DNA from: an uncultured archaeon
Lineage (GTDB): Archaea; Asgardarchaeota; Thorarchaeia; Thorarchaeales; Thorarchaeaceae
Direction: 5' to 3'
DNA: 32,000 nt
Assembly (NCBI GenBank): GCA_964354495.1
Contig: CAYHAA010000008.1
Location: 83,054 to 115,053, forward strand
The notes beneath the pieces were generated by a model that was given only the letters and a program-made list of their open reading frames with translations, made no database searches and was not told where the DNA came from. Positions 6,310 through 15,809 of this stretch are shown piece by piece (positions within the stretch are counted from its first letter, which is position 1; every line of letters starts with the position of its first letter). Made by a program: the position numbers and the translations under genes.

Positions 6310-7296
6310 ATGCAGATACCAACATTTGGAGCGGTTCTGGCTGCCCAGAAGCGCATCAGCCACTACTTGCGACCAACACCATTACTTAGCTACCCGACTG
6401 TCAACGAGCTCGTGGGAGCAGATGTGTACATCAAACATGAGAACTGTCAACCGGTAGGAGCATTCAAAGTCCGTGGGGGCATCAATCTCATGTCGCAGCT
6501 ATCTGATGATGATAAGGCGAGAGGTGTCATTGCAGCCTCTACCGGCAATCATGGTCAGTCAATTGCATATTCATCAATGATATTTGGGGTCAAATCAACA
6601 ATCGTGGTTCCTGAGAAAGCAAATCCGGGAAAGGTGGCAGCTATGAAGGCATTGGGTGCTGAGATTGTCTTCCATGGAGCCACATTTGATGAGGCAAAAA
6701 TCCACTGTGAACAGCTCGCCAAGACGCATGGTTATCGCTATATTCACTCGGGGGATGAACCTGACCTGATAGCTGGCGTAGCCACTGAAGTGCTTGAGAT
6801 GCTTCAAGAAGAACCTGACATTGACGTGATCATTGTTCCAGTGGGAGGAGGAAGTGGAGCTGCCGGCGCATGCATTGTGGCCAAGTCCATTGATCCTAAG
6901 ATCGAGGTCATTGCAGTACAGTCTGAGGCCTCTCCTGCAGCCCATGACTCATGGCGCAGCAAGAAACCTGTCGAGCGCCCCAACCACACCTCTGCCGAAG
7001 GGCTTGCAACAGGAACTGCATTCGAACTCCCCCAAAGGATCTTGAGACAGTATCTGGACGACTTCATTCTCGTGAGCGAACAAGAGATCATGAGAGCAAC
7101 AGTCTGGATGATAGAGCTAGCGCATACGCTTGCTGAGGGCGCAGGAGCCGCACCATTGGCGGCAGCGTACAAGATTCGAGAACGCCTCAAAGGGAAGAAG
7201 ATTGGACTTGTATGCTCAGGAGGCAATCTATCGCTGGCAAAATTGCAGGAGGCACTCGATTTCACTATCAATAGACAGACACATCATTCGTCCTAG
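6310..7296 (+). CDS. PLP-dependent threonine/serine dehydratase family protein
   Basis: KHENCQPVGAFKVRG (PLP lysine), AASTGNHG, VPVGGGSG, AEGAGAAPLAA, CSGGN. Confidence 0.9.
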   Translation: MQIPTFGAVLAAQKRISHYLRPTPLLSYPTVNELVGADVYIKHENCQPVGAFKVRGGINLMSQLSDDDKARGVIAASTGNHGQSIAYSSMIFGVKSTIVVPEKANPGKVAAMKALGAEIVFHGATFDEAKIHCEQLAKTHGYRYIHSGDEPDLIAGVATEVLEMLQEEPDIDVIIVPVGGGSGAAGACIVAKSIDPKIEVIAVQSEASPAAHDSWRSKKPVERPNHTSAEGLATGTAFELPQRILRQYLDDFILVSEQEIMRATVWMIELAHTLAEGAGAAPLAAAYKIRERLKGKKIGLVCSGGNLSLAKLQEALDFTINRQTHHSS

Positions 7297-7393
7297 GACG
7301 AGTGAGCAAGAAAGGAAAAACTCTCTTGCTGCATTCCTTGTGCTCCCTCTATTTCTCTAGCCCGTTCGATTCATACTCCTTTAGGAAGAAGAA

Positions 7394-8923
7394 CTACCAA
7401 TTATTGATCAGTGGGATTCTTGCATCTGTCGTCAATATCAGGCCTAGCTCTTTCAGAGCCTTCTCACATCCTTGTCCGACAAGATGAGTGCTGTGCATAT
7501 CACACCCGTGAAGGTTTGGCAACACAGTGATGCATTCTGCAGCATTTGGATTGAAGACTCCACTTACAGCAAGAGCATCAAGTACCTCCTTGACATCGAG
7601 ACTGATATCAACTGTGCCCATCTGTTTCTTGAGTTTCATGATACTCTCTATGATGATTGGTGATAGAACATCGATGTCATCTGGAATGCCCGCTAGGAAT
7701 TTCACTGCGTTCAGGAGTGCAGCGGACTCTGACATGAGAATCTTTGACCGTTTCCCGGTGAGAATGACAGGGGCGTCATCGGTGGGGTATATCTCGATGG
7801 CAGCTCCAGTATGCATCTCATTTAGTGCGCTCTTTGATTTCTTCGAGCTCTCTTCTAGAGCCTTATTCGCTTGAATTGCCACGATACGATCTTCAGGTTT
7901 AGCTTGTACGCGCTGCATAATCTTGTCCATACGCTCAAGCGTGTCATTGGCGACATTTCCCTCAACAAAGTCCCTGTGGTACTGGTAGTACCTTCGGACA
8001 ATCTCATCAATACTCGCCTGTTGCACCACACTGTCATCGATTATCCCCTCTTTGGCCATATTGACTCCCAAGTCTGTTGGGCTCCTGATTTCTGCCAAGG
8101 GGTCTCCAGCAGGAGTGATCTTCTCGATGATCTTCCTTATGATGGAGAAGTTCTCCACATCCCTATTATAGTTGGTCGCATCAACACCGCAGGCCTCCTT
8201 ATGGAAGGGATCAATACAGTTGTAGTCACCGATATCCGCAGTGGCTGCTTCGTATGCGATATTCACGGGATGATTCAGAGGTAGGTTCCATATCGGAAAG
8301 GTTTCGAACTTTGCAAAATTGCTCATGATGCCAGCTTTTCTGTCATGATAGATCTGACCCATGGCGAAGCTCATCTTTCCGCTTCCAGGTCCTGGCGCCG
8401 TGACAATGACAATCTTCCTGTCAGTTTCCACATAGTGTAGCTTCCCATAGCCCTCTTCACTGACCACTTTGTTCGGGTCTGTGTGATAGTCAGGTATCTC
8501 AATGTTAGTGATTACTCTGACGCCTCTATTTGCAAGGCGCTGCCTGAACTTGTCAGATGTCTGCTCTCCGCCATACCTACTGATCACAACAGCAGATACA
8601 TCCAATTCCAGTTGTTTCAGGTCGCCTATGTCCCTGAGAATCTGGTCCTCATACGTTAGACCGAAGTCACGCCGTATCTTTCGTCGTTCAATGTCCTTCG
8701 CACTGATGCAGTGGATGATCTCGATGTTTTTGCCCAGCTTCTTGAGCATCCGAACCTTTGTATCGAGCTCATAACCAGGCAGCACTCTTGATGCATGATG
8801 GTCGAATCTGAGCTTTCCTCCGAACTCAAGGTAGAGCTTGTCAAATCGGTTCACCCTGTCCATGATGCGCTGTATCTGAGCAGAGAGGTATCTTGAGGTA
8901 TCAAAACCCTTCTTTCTAATCAT
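7394..8923 (-). CDS. DUF1846 family protein
   Basis: KLYLEFGGKL..D.HASRVLPGY, P-loop-like TAPGPGSGKM, AKFETFPIWNLPLNHPVNIAYEAATAD, NYNRDVE. Start placed at MIRKK. Confidence 0.9.
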   Translation of the reverse strand: MIRKKGFDTSRYLSAQIQRIMDRVNRFDKLYLEFGGKLRFDHHASRVLPGYELDTKVRMLKKLGKNIEIIHCISAKDIERRKIRRDFGLTYEDQILRDIGDLKQLELDVSAVVISRYGGEQTSDKFRQRLANRGVRVITNIEIPDYHTDPNKVVSEEGYGKLHYVETDRKIVIVTAPGPGSGKMSFAMGQIYHDRKAGIMSNFAKFETFPIWNLPLNHPVNIAYEAATADIGDYNCIDPFHKEACGVDATNYNRDVENFSIIRKIIEKITPAGDPLAEIRSPTDLGVNMAKEGIIDDSVVQQASIDEIVRRYYQYHRDFVEGNVANDTLERMDKIMQRVQAKPEDRIVAIQANKALEESSKKSKSALNEMHTGAAIEIYPTDDAPVILTGKRSKILMSESAALLNAVKFLAGIPDDIDVLSPIIIESIMKLKKQMGTVDISLDVKEVLDALAVSGVFNPNAAECITVLPNLHGCDMHSTHLVGQGCEKALKELGLILTTDARIPLINNW

Positions 8924-9068
8924 GAGTATCACTCAGAGCTGCTGTTGGCGTACTGAAAACCAAAGCAATGTCCGTGACTGCTGTCACTCCCTCTATAAAA
9001 CCTTCGAACGGTGAAGGAAATACATTTGTAGAATGGAGTCATTCTAGAGTGCAATGGAATGAGTCATC

Positions 9069-9629
9069 ATGAAGACACTGATAGCATATGGGACACGATA
9101 CGGAGCAACAGCCGGCACTGCTGAAGAGATCTCTAAAGTACTTCAGGAACAAGGACACGATGTCCGAGTAGTTGATGTGAAGAAGGACAAGATCAAGAGC
9201 ATATCCGAATACGAACTAGTCATCATAGGAAGTGGTATGAGGATCTTCAGGTGGGTCGGTGAAGCTGAGGAATTCATCAAGAAGTTTCAAGACGAACTAA
9301 GACAGAAGAAGACCGCGATATTTGTGTCGTCGGGCGCACAGGCGATTCACAAGCATGACAATGACACTGAATCGATGAATACCGCTTGGACGAAGTACCT
9401 TGACGAGAAGGCAGAGAAGTTCTCCCTTCGACCAATCATGATGGCAATCTTTGGCGGTGTCTGGGACTACAACAAGATGGGCTTTCCCTTCAAGAAGACC
9501 ATGATGGCATTTCAGGAGAAGCTCAGAGAGGTTGGCATCGAAGAGACACATCCCGGTGTATATGACACGCGTGACTGGGAAGAGATCAGAAGCTGGGCAA
9601 GGGAGCTAGCGCAAAAAGCAAGCGGATGA
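9069..9629 (+). CDS. Flavodoxin-domain protein (HemG/Flavodoxin_5-like)
   Basis: MKTLIAYGTRYGATAGTAEEI, YELVIIGSG, YDTRDWEEIRSWA. Confidence 0.85.
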   Translation: MKTLIAYGTRYGATAGTAEEISKVLQEQGHDVRVVDVKKDKIKSISEYELVIIGSGMRIFRWVGEAEEFIKKFQDELRQKKTAIFVSSGAQAIHKHDNDTESMNTAWTKYLDEKAEKFSLRPIMMAIFGGVWDYNKMGFPFKKTMMAFQEKLREVGIEETHPGVYDTRDWEEIRSWARELAQKASG

Positions 9630-9724
9630 TCTTGGCTCATCCTGTGGCAGTTTCGTTGCGGGAGTCCGTAAGTCAGATATCTTTATCCTCTCCCTTGGGC
9701 AACGGTTTGGTGAGGTGCATTGAG

Positions 9725-10627
9725 TTGACAAGAGGACTAGTCTGCGTTGAGATCTATCTCCTCGCCGATGCAAATGTGCAGCTTGAAGAGGTCCTTGGAG
9801 AGGCTGGCTTCGCTGCGCTGGTCAGCGCGACGTACGACGATTCGAGTGAATTCCAGTTCCTCTTTGACACGGGTTATGGAACTCCCGCCTTAGAATATAA
9901 TGCTTGTATCATGAAGAAATCTCACAAACGAGACCTGTCCTCTATTGAGTTAATCATACTCAGTCATGGACATTGCGACCATGTGGCTGGAGTGCTGAAA
10001 GTCCTTTCACTGATCAAGAAACGAGTGCCTGTTCTATGTCATCCCGATGCGCTGCTGCACAAGATATTCACCTCTGATGATGGAAAGAAACACGAAGTCG
10101 GGATTCACGAGTACTATAGTGACTCTGAACTCAGAAGCAGTGCTAGGGTCATTACAACCCAAAGACCCTATCACATTGCCGATGGTATCATGACTACAGG
10201 GGTTGTGCGGAGAACAAACGACTTTGAAGAAATCTCGGGCGAACTACGGAAGATTGTGACAGTAAGAAACGGAAAGGAAACACCTGACCTCATCGAGGAC
10301 GACCTCTCGGTCATCTTTCACCTGAAGGATGGTTCAATTGTGATTCTTACAGGGTGTTGCCACTCTGGCATTGTGAACACAGTCAACCATGCGCTCTCGC
10401 TCACTGGTTCTTCATCTGTAGTCGGAATCGTGGGAGGCCTTCATCTTCATGATGCGTCAAGTGAGAGATTGAACAGCACTATTGAACATCTACGCAAATA
10501 TCCCCTCTCCGTTCTTGGAGCCTGTCACTGTACAGGGCTGAGAGGCCGTGCTGCTCTCATGTACGCCTTCGAAGACTCCTTCAAGGAAGTGAGCGCAGGA
10601 TCTCTGTTGAAGTTCCAGTCAAAATAG
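9725..10627 (+). CDS. MBL-fold metallo-hydrolase (MJ0448/dihydropterin-synthase-like)
   Basis: FLFDTG, ILSHGHCDHVAG, EDDLSV, LTGCCHSGIVN, VGGLHL, ACHCTG. Start placed at TTG 9725 after TGAGGTG. Confidence 0.85.
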   Translation: MTRGLVCVEIYLLADANVQLEEVLGEAGFAALVSATYDDSSEFQFLFDTGYGTPALEYNACIMKKSHKRDLSSIELIILSHGHCDHVAGVLKVLSLIKKRVPVLCHPDALLHKIFTSDDGKKHEVGIHEYYSDSELRSSARVITTQRPYHIADGIMTTGVVRRTNDFEEISGELRKIVTVRNGKETPDLIEDDLSVIFHLKDGSIVILTGCCHSGIVNTVNHALSLTGSSSVVGIVGGLHLHDASSERLNSTIEHLRKYPLSVLGACHCTGLRGRAALMYAFEDSFKEVSAGSLLKFQSK

Positions 10628-10699
10628 ATTGCTGGAATCGCCGCAGCCTCTTTCCGATGTCAGGATGACCACAATGTTCTATCTCTCTATCGAAGACTC

Positions 10700-12283
10700 C
10701 TACGAATGCATACCAAGCCCAAGTAGCATCTTGCATGTCTTGACTTGATTCTCTATGACCTTCGCCCTATGCAGGTTGTCAAAGAATACCTTGATGTGAG
10801 AGGTATAATTGTCCGACCTCTTGCCGCCATACTCTCCGAATATGTGCCCAGTATTCTCTAGGTCAACAACTCCATAGAGCAGCGAGAGCGACACTATGAG
10901 GTCAACGAGGCCCCTATCTGTTGTTTCCACCACCTGAGGAATCTCATTTGGCGGCTCAAGAATGAAGCACCCTACATTCCCTGCGTTTCTACAGTGGTCT
11001 TCCATCTGCAGGTCGGAAGAGAGCAGGGTGACAGTTGCCTGTTTATCTCTCGCAAACTCGCTTAGCGATTTCACAATGACTCTGTCTGCCTCTTCGGAAT
11101 CATGAGGAAGTGGTTCGCACTTGGCTCTGTCATGAGTCGGCTGCTGCACGAGGAGGTGAAACTGAGAGCTAGCCATCTTGGCAATCCTTGTCTCAAGCGT
11201 GTTCCGATTGTGAAACTCGTCGAAGAAACGCCTCTTGTCAGGACCACTCATGGCTTTCACCGAGCCAATCCAGTCCTGTCCGTATTTGTCTGACACATTC
11301 CGGTCTATCTCTTGCACGACCCCTTCAGATGTGACGAAGAGAAGTTCTCCTCTGCGAATCTGATTGGCCGCCATCAAAGACTCAAGACATGACACAAATC
11401 CACTGTAAAACAGGTTTGAGTCTAATGAGATGTACCATCGCCCCGAAGCGTGTCTGGGGTCGCTCTGTCTCTTGTATCCCTCGACGAAGAACTTGCGGAA
11501 CTCATCGCCTGATCTGTAGTCAATGAGCCCCGCGTAGCAGAGTGAGGCACGTAGTTGTGAGTAACTAGGGTGGTCCCAACCTGTTTCACCACATTCTCTC
11601 AGGTCCTCGGAGTACTTTGCTCTGTCAGTCAGCATGTGGGCTTGTTTCTTAGATAGGTCCAGCTCCATGAGATCCATCTCCATGAGCGGATTCCTGACTT
11701 TCAGTCTGACATGCTCATTGTACCCATAGTTCAGGACGACTGTTAAGAATTCCTTTGACATCTCCAGTCCTTGCCATCTGGTATCAGTCACACGGATTAT
11801 GTCTTTTCTGCACTCTATGTTCTGAGCCAGGTCTCTCAGGAGCTGAATCCTCTTGGGTATCATGAGATAGGGCTTCGCGGCGTCCTCTGTGGACTCGATG
11901 GTCAAATAGTAGATGTGCTTGAGAAACTTGCCTGAGAATCCTAATAGACTACCTGCGACCAGTGCCTTTCTGCCACCAGTGATGTTCAATGCGACTTCGG
12001 AGCCGCTATCTTTGAGACTCTGGATGATACGCTCTATCTCGTCCCGTGTTGCGCGCATATCGAAGTTGGGAACCCTGACCTTCTCTATGTTCCGCTCGCC
12101 ATACTCCTCTTGGATTGTCTTCATGCCCTCAACAACAGGATTGATATCACTCTCATACTGAGCCTCGTACAGGAGGATGATTCTGTCAGGTCTGAAGTCT
12201 GTTTCAAGCATGACTGCATGGTAGGAATTCACGACCCCCCAGCCGCTTCTGCCCATGAGTGTTACGAAGACCTGTTCCGTCAA
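10700..12283 (-). CDS. CARF-domain plus PIN-domain protein (predicted nucleotide-ligand-regulated RNase)
   Basis: N-terminal VFVTLMGRSGWGVVNSY and ALNITGGRKAL are CARF motifs. C-terminal ISLDSNLF, VVQEID, ADRVIV and LLSSD form the PIN acidic tetrad. Confidence 0.75.
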   Translation of the reverse strand: MTEQVFVTLMGRSGWGVVNSYHAVMLETDFRPDRIILLYEAQYESDINPVVEGMKTIQEEYGERNIEKVRVPNFDMRATRDEIERIIQSLKDSGSEVALNITGGRKALVAGSLLGFSGKFLKHIYYLTIESTEDAAKPYLMIPKRIQLLRDLAQNIECRKDIIRVTDTRWQGLEMSKEFLTVVLNYGYNEHVRLKVRNPLMEMDLMELDLSKKQAHMLTDRAKYSEDLRECGETGWDHPSYSQLRASLCYAGLIDYRSGDEFRKFFVEGYKRQSDPRHASGRWYISLDSNLFYSGFVSCLESLMAANQIRRGELLFVTSEGVVQEIDRNVSDKYGQDWIGSVKAMSGPDKRRFFDEFHNRNTLETRIAKMASSQFHLLVQQPTHDRAKCEPLPHDSEEADRVIVKSLSEFARDKQATVTLLSSDLQMEDHCRNAGNVGCFILEPPNEIPQVVETTDRGLVDLIVSLSLLYGVVDLENTGHIFGEYGGKRSDNYTSHIKVFFDNLHRAKVIENQVKTCKMLLGLGMHS

Positions 12284-12352
12284 GTCTCAATCTCCTCCAA
12301 ATTCTTGGTAGGATTCCCAAAGCGTGTACTTGCAGAGGCTGACAACATCAGT

Positions 12353-13855
12353 CTATATCTCCAGAACGTCATCTCTCTTCATGACCATGACTTTTCGATG
12401 CCACTCTTTGAACATCTCGGGATGTTCTGTGTGCATCGGTATCACTATCTCTGGTTTCACTCTCTCAATCAGATCTTTCAACTCACGCCCTGAGAGATGC
12501 CCTGAGCAGTGCTTCATCGCAGGTTCTCCAAGACCAAAGTGTTTCAACCATCTCTTGACCCGCTCGAGTTCTATCGCGCCCTCTTCGTCATAGGGTTCTG
12601 AGGCCGACCAGATGAACTTGCTGCCCTGTTTTGGCTTGAGATCATGAAGGATGCCCAAATCGTAGAAGCTGCATGTCACAACATACTCCTTCTGCGCGCT
12701 CGCCACTTCCTGCGGCGTCACCAGGACAGAGTCTTGAAACACATACTCTCTCACAGGTTCCGGATAGCTGTAGGAGTAATCCCGCAATTGCGCCTCCTCG
12801 TCGTAATCTGAATTCGCCCAGATTCCCCATGACTTTCGAGGGAGCAATACCTCGATGTTCTTCGAGTCAACTGCAGGAATGTCCTTCGTCTGCAGCATCT
12901 TCGAGAGAAAATAGGCCTGCTTGGGGCTGATCAGTAGTTTCCGTCCACTGGCACGAGCAGCGTTACTGATTGTAACCATCCGGCTGATATCTCGTTGGGC
13001 GTAGTTCACAAGGACCAACGCCTTGGAGTCCTCGATCGTATCTGCCATTTCTTTCTCAAGGTTCTTCTCGGTCATGCCAGGCGCATCTTCTGCACGAGTG
13101 CCCTCACAGAGGAGCACTCTCAAGTTGGAATCCTCAAGTGCAGACGCGAACTCCTTTGATGATGAAGCAAAGTACCCATGAAACCTGAGGTCTCCTGTGT
13201 ATGCGACAGCACCGCAGTCTGTGTTCAGAATATAAGCGTCCGCCCCTGGCAGGCTATGGTCGACCTGATACGCTGTCGCCTCGATGTTGCCGACTTTGAA
13301 AGACCTCTTGCGCTGCGTCTTGACAAAGGGACGTTCGATCTTTTCATCTTCAACATCTGTCTTGGTCGCTCTCTTCAGACCCCCGCCCCTCTGTCGGGAC
13401 GTCATCTTGAAGGACGGGTACCAGGTGCAAAACTCCTGTTCATCGCCCGTTATTGTTTCCTGCAGGTACTTCATGATGATCCATGTTGTTTCAGAGCCGA
13501 CCAGCGTAATATCTGGTCGCAGATATGGAACCATGCCGACATGGTCCATATGCGCATGGCTGATCAGGACTGCCTCAACGCTCTTCTTCTTACTAGACGC
13601 TAGGGCGGGATTAGATGAGTTCATGTGTTCGAGATGGTCCTCACGGTAGATTCCCTTGACTGCAGGGAGAAGCCCGAATGAGATGTATTCCTCGATGATG
13701 GCGAAACCTCTAGCCCCAAGAAACTCGTCGTAGTATTTTCTCTGTTGGCCAAAGCTGAGGCCGAAATCGAGGAAGACTCGCGTTCCGCCGTCCTCTATTA
13801 GAATCTTGTTTCCGCCAACCTCATCGACTCCGCCATGAAATACGAACTTGGTCAT
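12353..13855 (-). CDS. MBL/beta-CASP hydrolase (RNase J-related, archaeal type)
   Basis: FHGGVDEVGGNKILI, LDFG, ISHAHMDHVG, VDHSLPGA, YTGDLRFHG, CEGT, HCSGH, IPMHTEH. Start placed at MTKF (13855). Confidence 0.85.
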   Translation of the reverse strand: MTKFVFHGGVDEVGGNKILIEDGGTRVFLDFGLSFGQQRKYYDEFLGARGFAIIEEYISFGLLPAVKGIYREDHLEHMNSSNPALASSKKKSVEAVLISHAHMDHVGMVPYLRPDITLVGSETTWIIMKYLQETITGDEQEFCTWYPSFKMTSRQRGGGLKRATKTDVEDEKIERPFVKTQRKRSFKVGNIEATAYQVDHSLPGADAYILNTDCGAVAYTGDLRFHGYFASSSKEFASALEDSNLRVLLCEGTRAEDAPGMTEKNLEKEMADTIEDSKALVLVNYAQRDISRMVTISNAARASGRKLLISPKQAYFLSKMLQTKDIPAVDSKNIEVLLPRKSWGIWANSDYDEEAQLRDYSYSYPEPVREYVFQDSVLVTPQEVASAQKEYVVTCSFYDLGILHDLKPKQGSKFIWSASEPYDEEGAIELERVKRWLKHFGLGEPAMKHCSGHLSGRELKDLIERVKPEIVIPMHTEHPEMFKEWHRKVMVMKRDDVLEI

Positions 13856-14000
13856 ACTGCAAAGACCACTCTCCAACCAAGAGTGACATACAAGACCGTG
13901 ACCTCCCATATAAGAAGTTCTGGTCGAACAAGACCGCTCTGTAGGAGAGACCTCATATGTGTCCGAAGGACTGCACATGCCCTCACGTCTATCGTTCGAG

Positions 14001-14795
14001 TCAGAGCAGGTCCTTGAGGAAGAGTCGCGTACGTTCAGTGTGCTCGGTCATGACGCTCCGAATGACGATAGGGGAGACAGTGATGTTACCGTTTCGAGAA
14101 ACCTCCCTGGCATCATGACTTTCATCCGAGAACTTCTCCCCGCCACGAATCCAGTAGCATGGCTTTTCGTAGGGATCAAGCCTTTTCTCTAGCTTGTTCC
14201 GTACAACAGCATTACTGGGTTCCACGACCACCAGCCGACTCTGTCCTGAGTATGCCGCGGGGAAGTTCACGTTCAGGCCGTCAACACCAGAGGGCAGCCC
14301 CTGTTTCAGAACATGGCCTATGAGCCGGGCGCTCGTGTGGCATACATGTTCAACTCCCTCACTCACACCGGCTTCAGTGAACCAGTGGACCGGGTCCGCT
14401 AGGTAGGAGAGAGCGACACCTGGGTATCCCTGCAGGGCTGCTTCGAAGATGGCGCCGACTGTGCCGCTCGTGAGCATCCTGTGGTATCCGACATTTGCAC
14501 CCGAGTTTATCCCTGAGACGAACATGTCGATTCTCTTGACCAATGAGAGGGCGATAATCACCGAGTCTGCAGGAAACCCGTCGTGGACTATCATGCGATA
14601 GCTGCCTGTATTCACGTCGCTCACTATCCTGAGAGGCCGACCAAGCGACAGAGCCTTGCTGGCACCACTTCGCTGCTGGTTGGGGACCACCACAGTGAGG
14701 TCCATTTTGGGAGTCAGCGTTTCAGCTAGCCTAAGCAGGCCGATACTGCTTGGGCCATCATCATTTGTTAGGCAGACTGTAGGCATTGGTTCCAC
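14001..14795 (-). CDS. surE: 5'/3'-nucleotidase SurE
   Basis: LTNDDG, VVPNQQRSGAS, HDGFPADSV, SGINSGANVG, SGTVGAIFEA, LNVNFP, ITVSP. Confidence 0.92.
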   Translation of the reverse strand: MEPMPTVCLTNDDGPSSIGLLRLAETLTPKMDLTVVVPNQQRSGASKALSLGRPLRIVSDVNTGSYRMIVHDGFPADSVIIALSLVKRIDMFVSGINSGANVGYHRMLTSGTVGAIFEAALQGYPGVALSYLADPVHWFTEAGVSEGVEHVCHTSARLIGHVLKQGLPSGVDGLNVNFPAAYSGQSRLVVVEPSNAVVRNKLEKRLDPYEKPCYWIRGGEKFSDESHDAREVSRNGNITVSPIVIRSVMTEHTERTRLFLKDLL

Positions 14796-14843
14796 CAGCT
14801 TCCTGTTCTCTGACTTCGCCTTATGTGCTCGTCGATGATTGAT

Positions 14844-15071
14844 TCAGCAACCATGAATGCGTTCCAGAAGATATCCACCGAACGCCCCATAGGCGATCCA
14901 GTGGACGAATTTCCATCCCTGACTTGTCATAGTATTCAGTGCATAGAGTGCCTTCTCCCAGTCCGGGCCTCGCATTCCAGAAGTCACCCTGATGAACACA
15001 TATTTCCCTGTTATCTCCATGAAGTCTACAGTTTCCTTCACAAAGTCTTCAACATCAATCACATCTCTCAT
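14844..15071 (-). CDS. Small hypothetical protein
   Basis: 75-aa ORF MRDVIDVEDF...GGYLLERIHGC, co-oriented upstream of surE. Confidence 0.55.
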   Translation of the reverse strand: MRDVIDVEDFVKETVDFMEITGKYVFIRVTSGMRGPDWEKALYALNTMTSQGWKFVHWIAYGAFGGYLLERIHGC

Positions 15072-15151
15072 ACTGAACACCATCGATTCTGGATGTTGCT
15101 CTCAACAAGAGACCGGAATATATGTTGTTTCCCGAATTCAGTTTGAGCCAA

Positions 15152-15212
15152 AGAGAGGAAAAGAAATTCGGATGCCTCCTCAATCCCACTTGAACTACAT
15201 CTGCGTCTCTTG
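15152..15212. repeat. Intergenic repeat family B, degenerate copy
   Basis: AACTACATCTGCGTCTCTTG (15193-15212) is an 18/20 match to 4746-4765, preceded by AGAGAGG...CCTCCTC. Confidence 0.55.
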
Positions 15213-15242
15213 GGGATACGGGAAAGATTCATGGAATACTCT

Positions 15243-15539
15243 ATGAGCAATAGAGGAAATATCTCTAGTAGGGAAGATCTGGTAGAAAAGACAGAGGGCA
15301 AAGTCGAGCTACACATAAGAAAGAGGATGGGTTTCTCTGGATTTGCGCTTGGAGTAGCACTCTAGTTCTTTCTGATAGCCATCAGCCCTCTATTCCCTTA
15401 CATCCCTCTCATGGAATATGTTCTCTGGTTCCTATTTCCACGCTATCCGTTTCCATGGAACTATATCATGATCTTCGTCACTTCTCTCATTTGGGGTTCA
15501 ATACTCTATTTCATCCCCTACAACAAGTCTAAGTTTTGA
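15243..15539 (+). pseudogene. Small membrane protein ORF interrupted by one in-frame TAG (15363-15365)
   Basis: Manual translation MSNRGNISSREDLVEKTEGKVELHIRKRMGFSGFALGVAL*FFLIAISPLFPYIPLMEYVLWFLFPRYPFPWNYIMIFVTSLIWGSILYFIPYNKSKF. The hydrophobic helix continues straight through the stop. Confidence 0.55.
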
Positions 15540-15809
15540 TTACGAGATCATTAGTACGCACTGGGCCACGTACTCAACTTGGAGGGATAGGCTGCAATTT
15601 AGTGGCCAATTTGGCAGTAAACAAACAGGTCTCTCCAAAAAAGAAACACGGCCATTAAGCCAGAACGCTTATGACTCTCTTTTCCTAGCTGTTTCGGCAT
15701 TCAAGTGGATGCAACAAGTCAAGGTGATGGAATTCCATCACCTTTGGTAGTGCATTATCACATATCATTTGTTTCTTGCGCATTCATTGTATAGGTTAGT
15801 GAGGGAGAG

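Noticed and set aside
9626-9724. N-terminal extension of the MBL ORF, and similar extensions at 5196, 5609, 13978 and 23387
   Set aside because: Non-homologous-looking sequence upstream of a better start with an RBS; starts were moved downstream.
13860-13940. Three AAGACC hexamers between surE and the beta-CASP gene
   Set aside because: Irregular spacing and too short to distinguish from chance.
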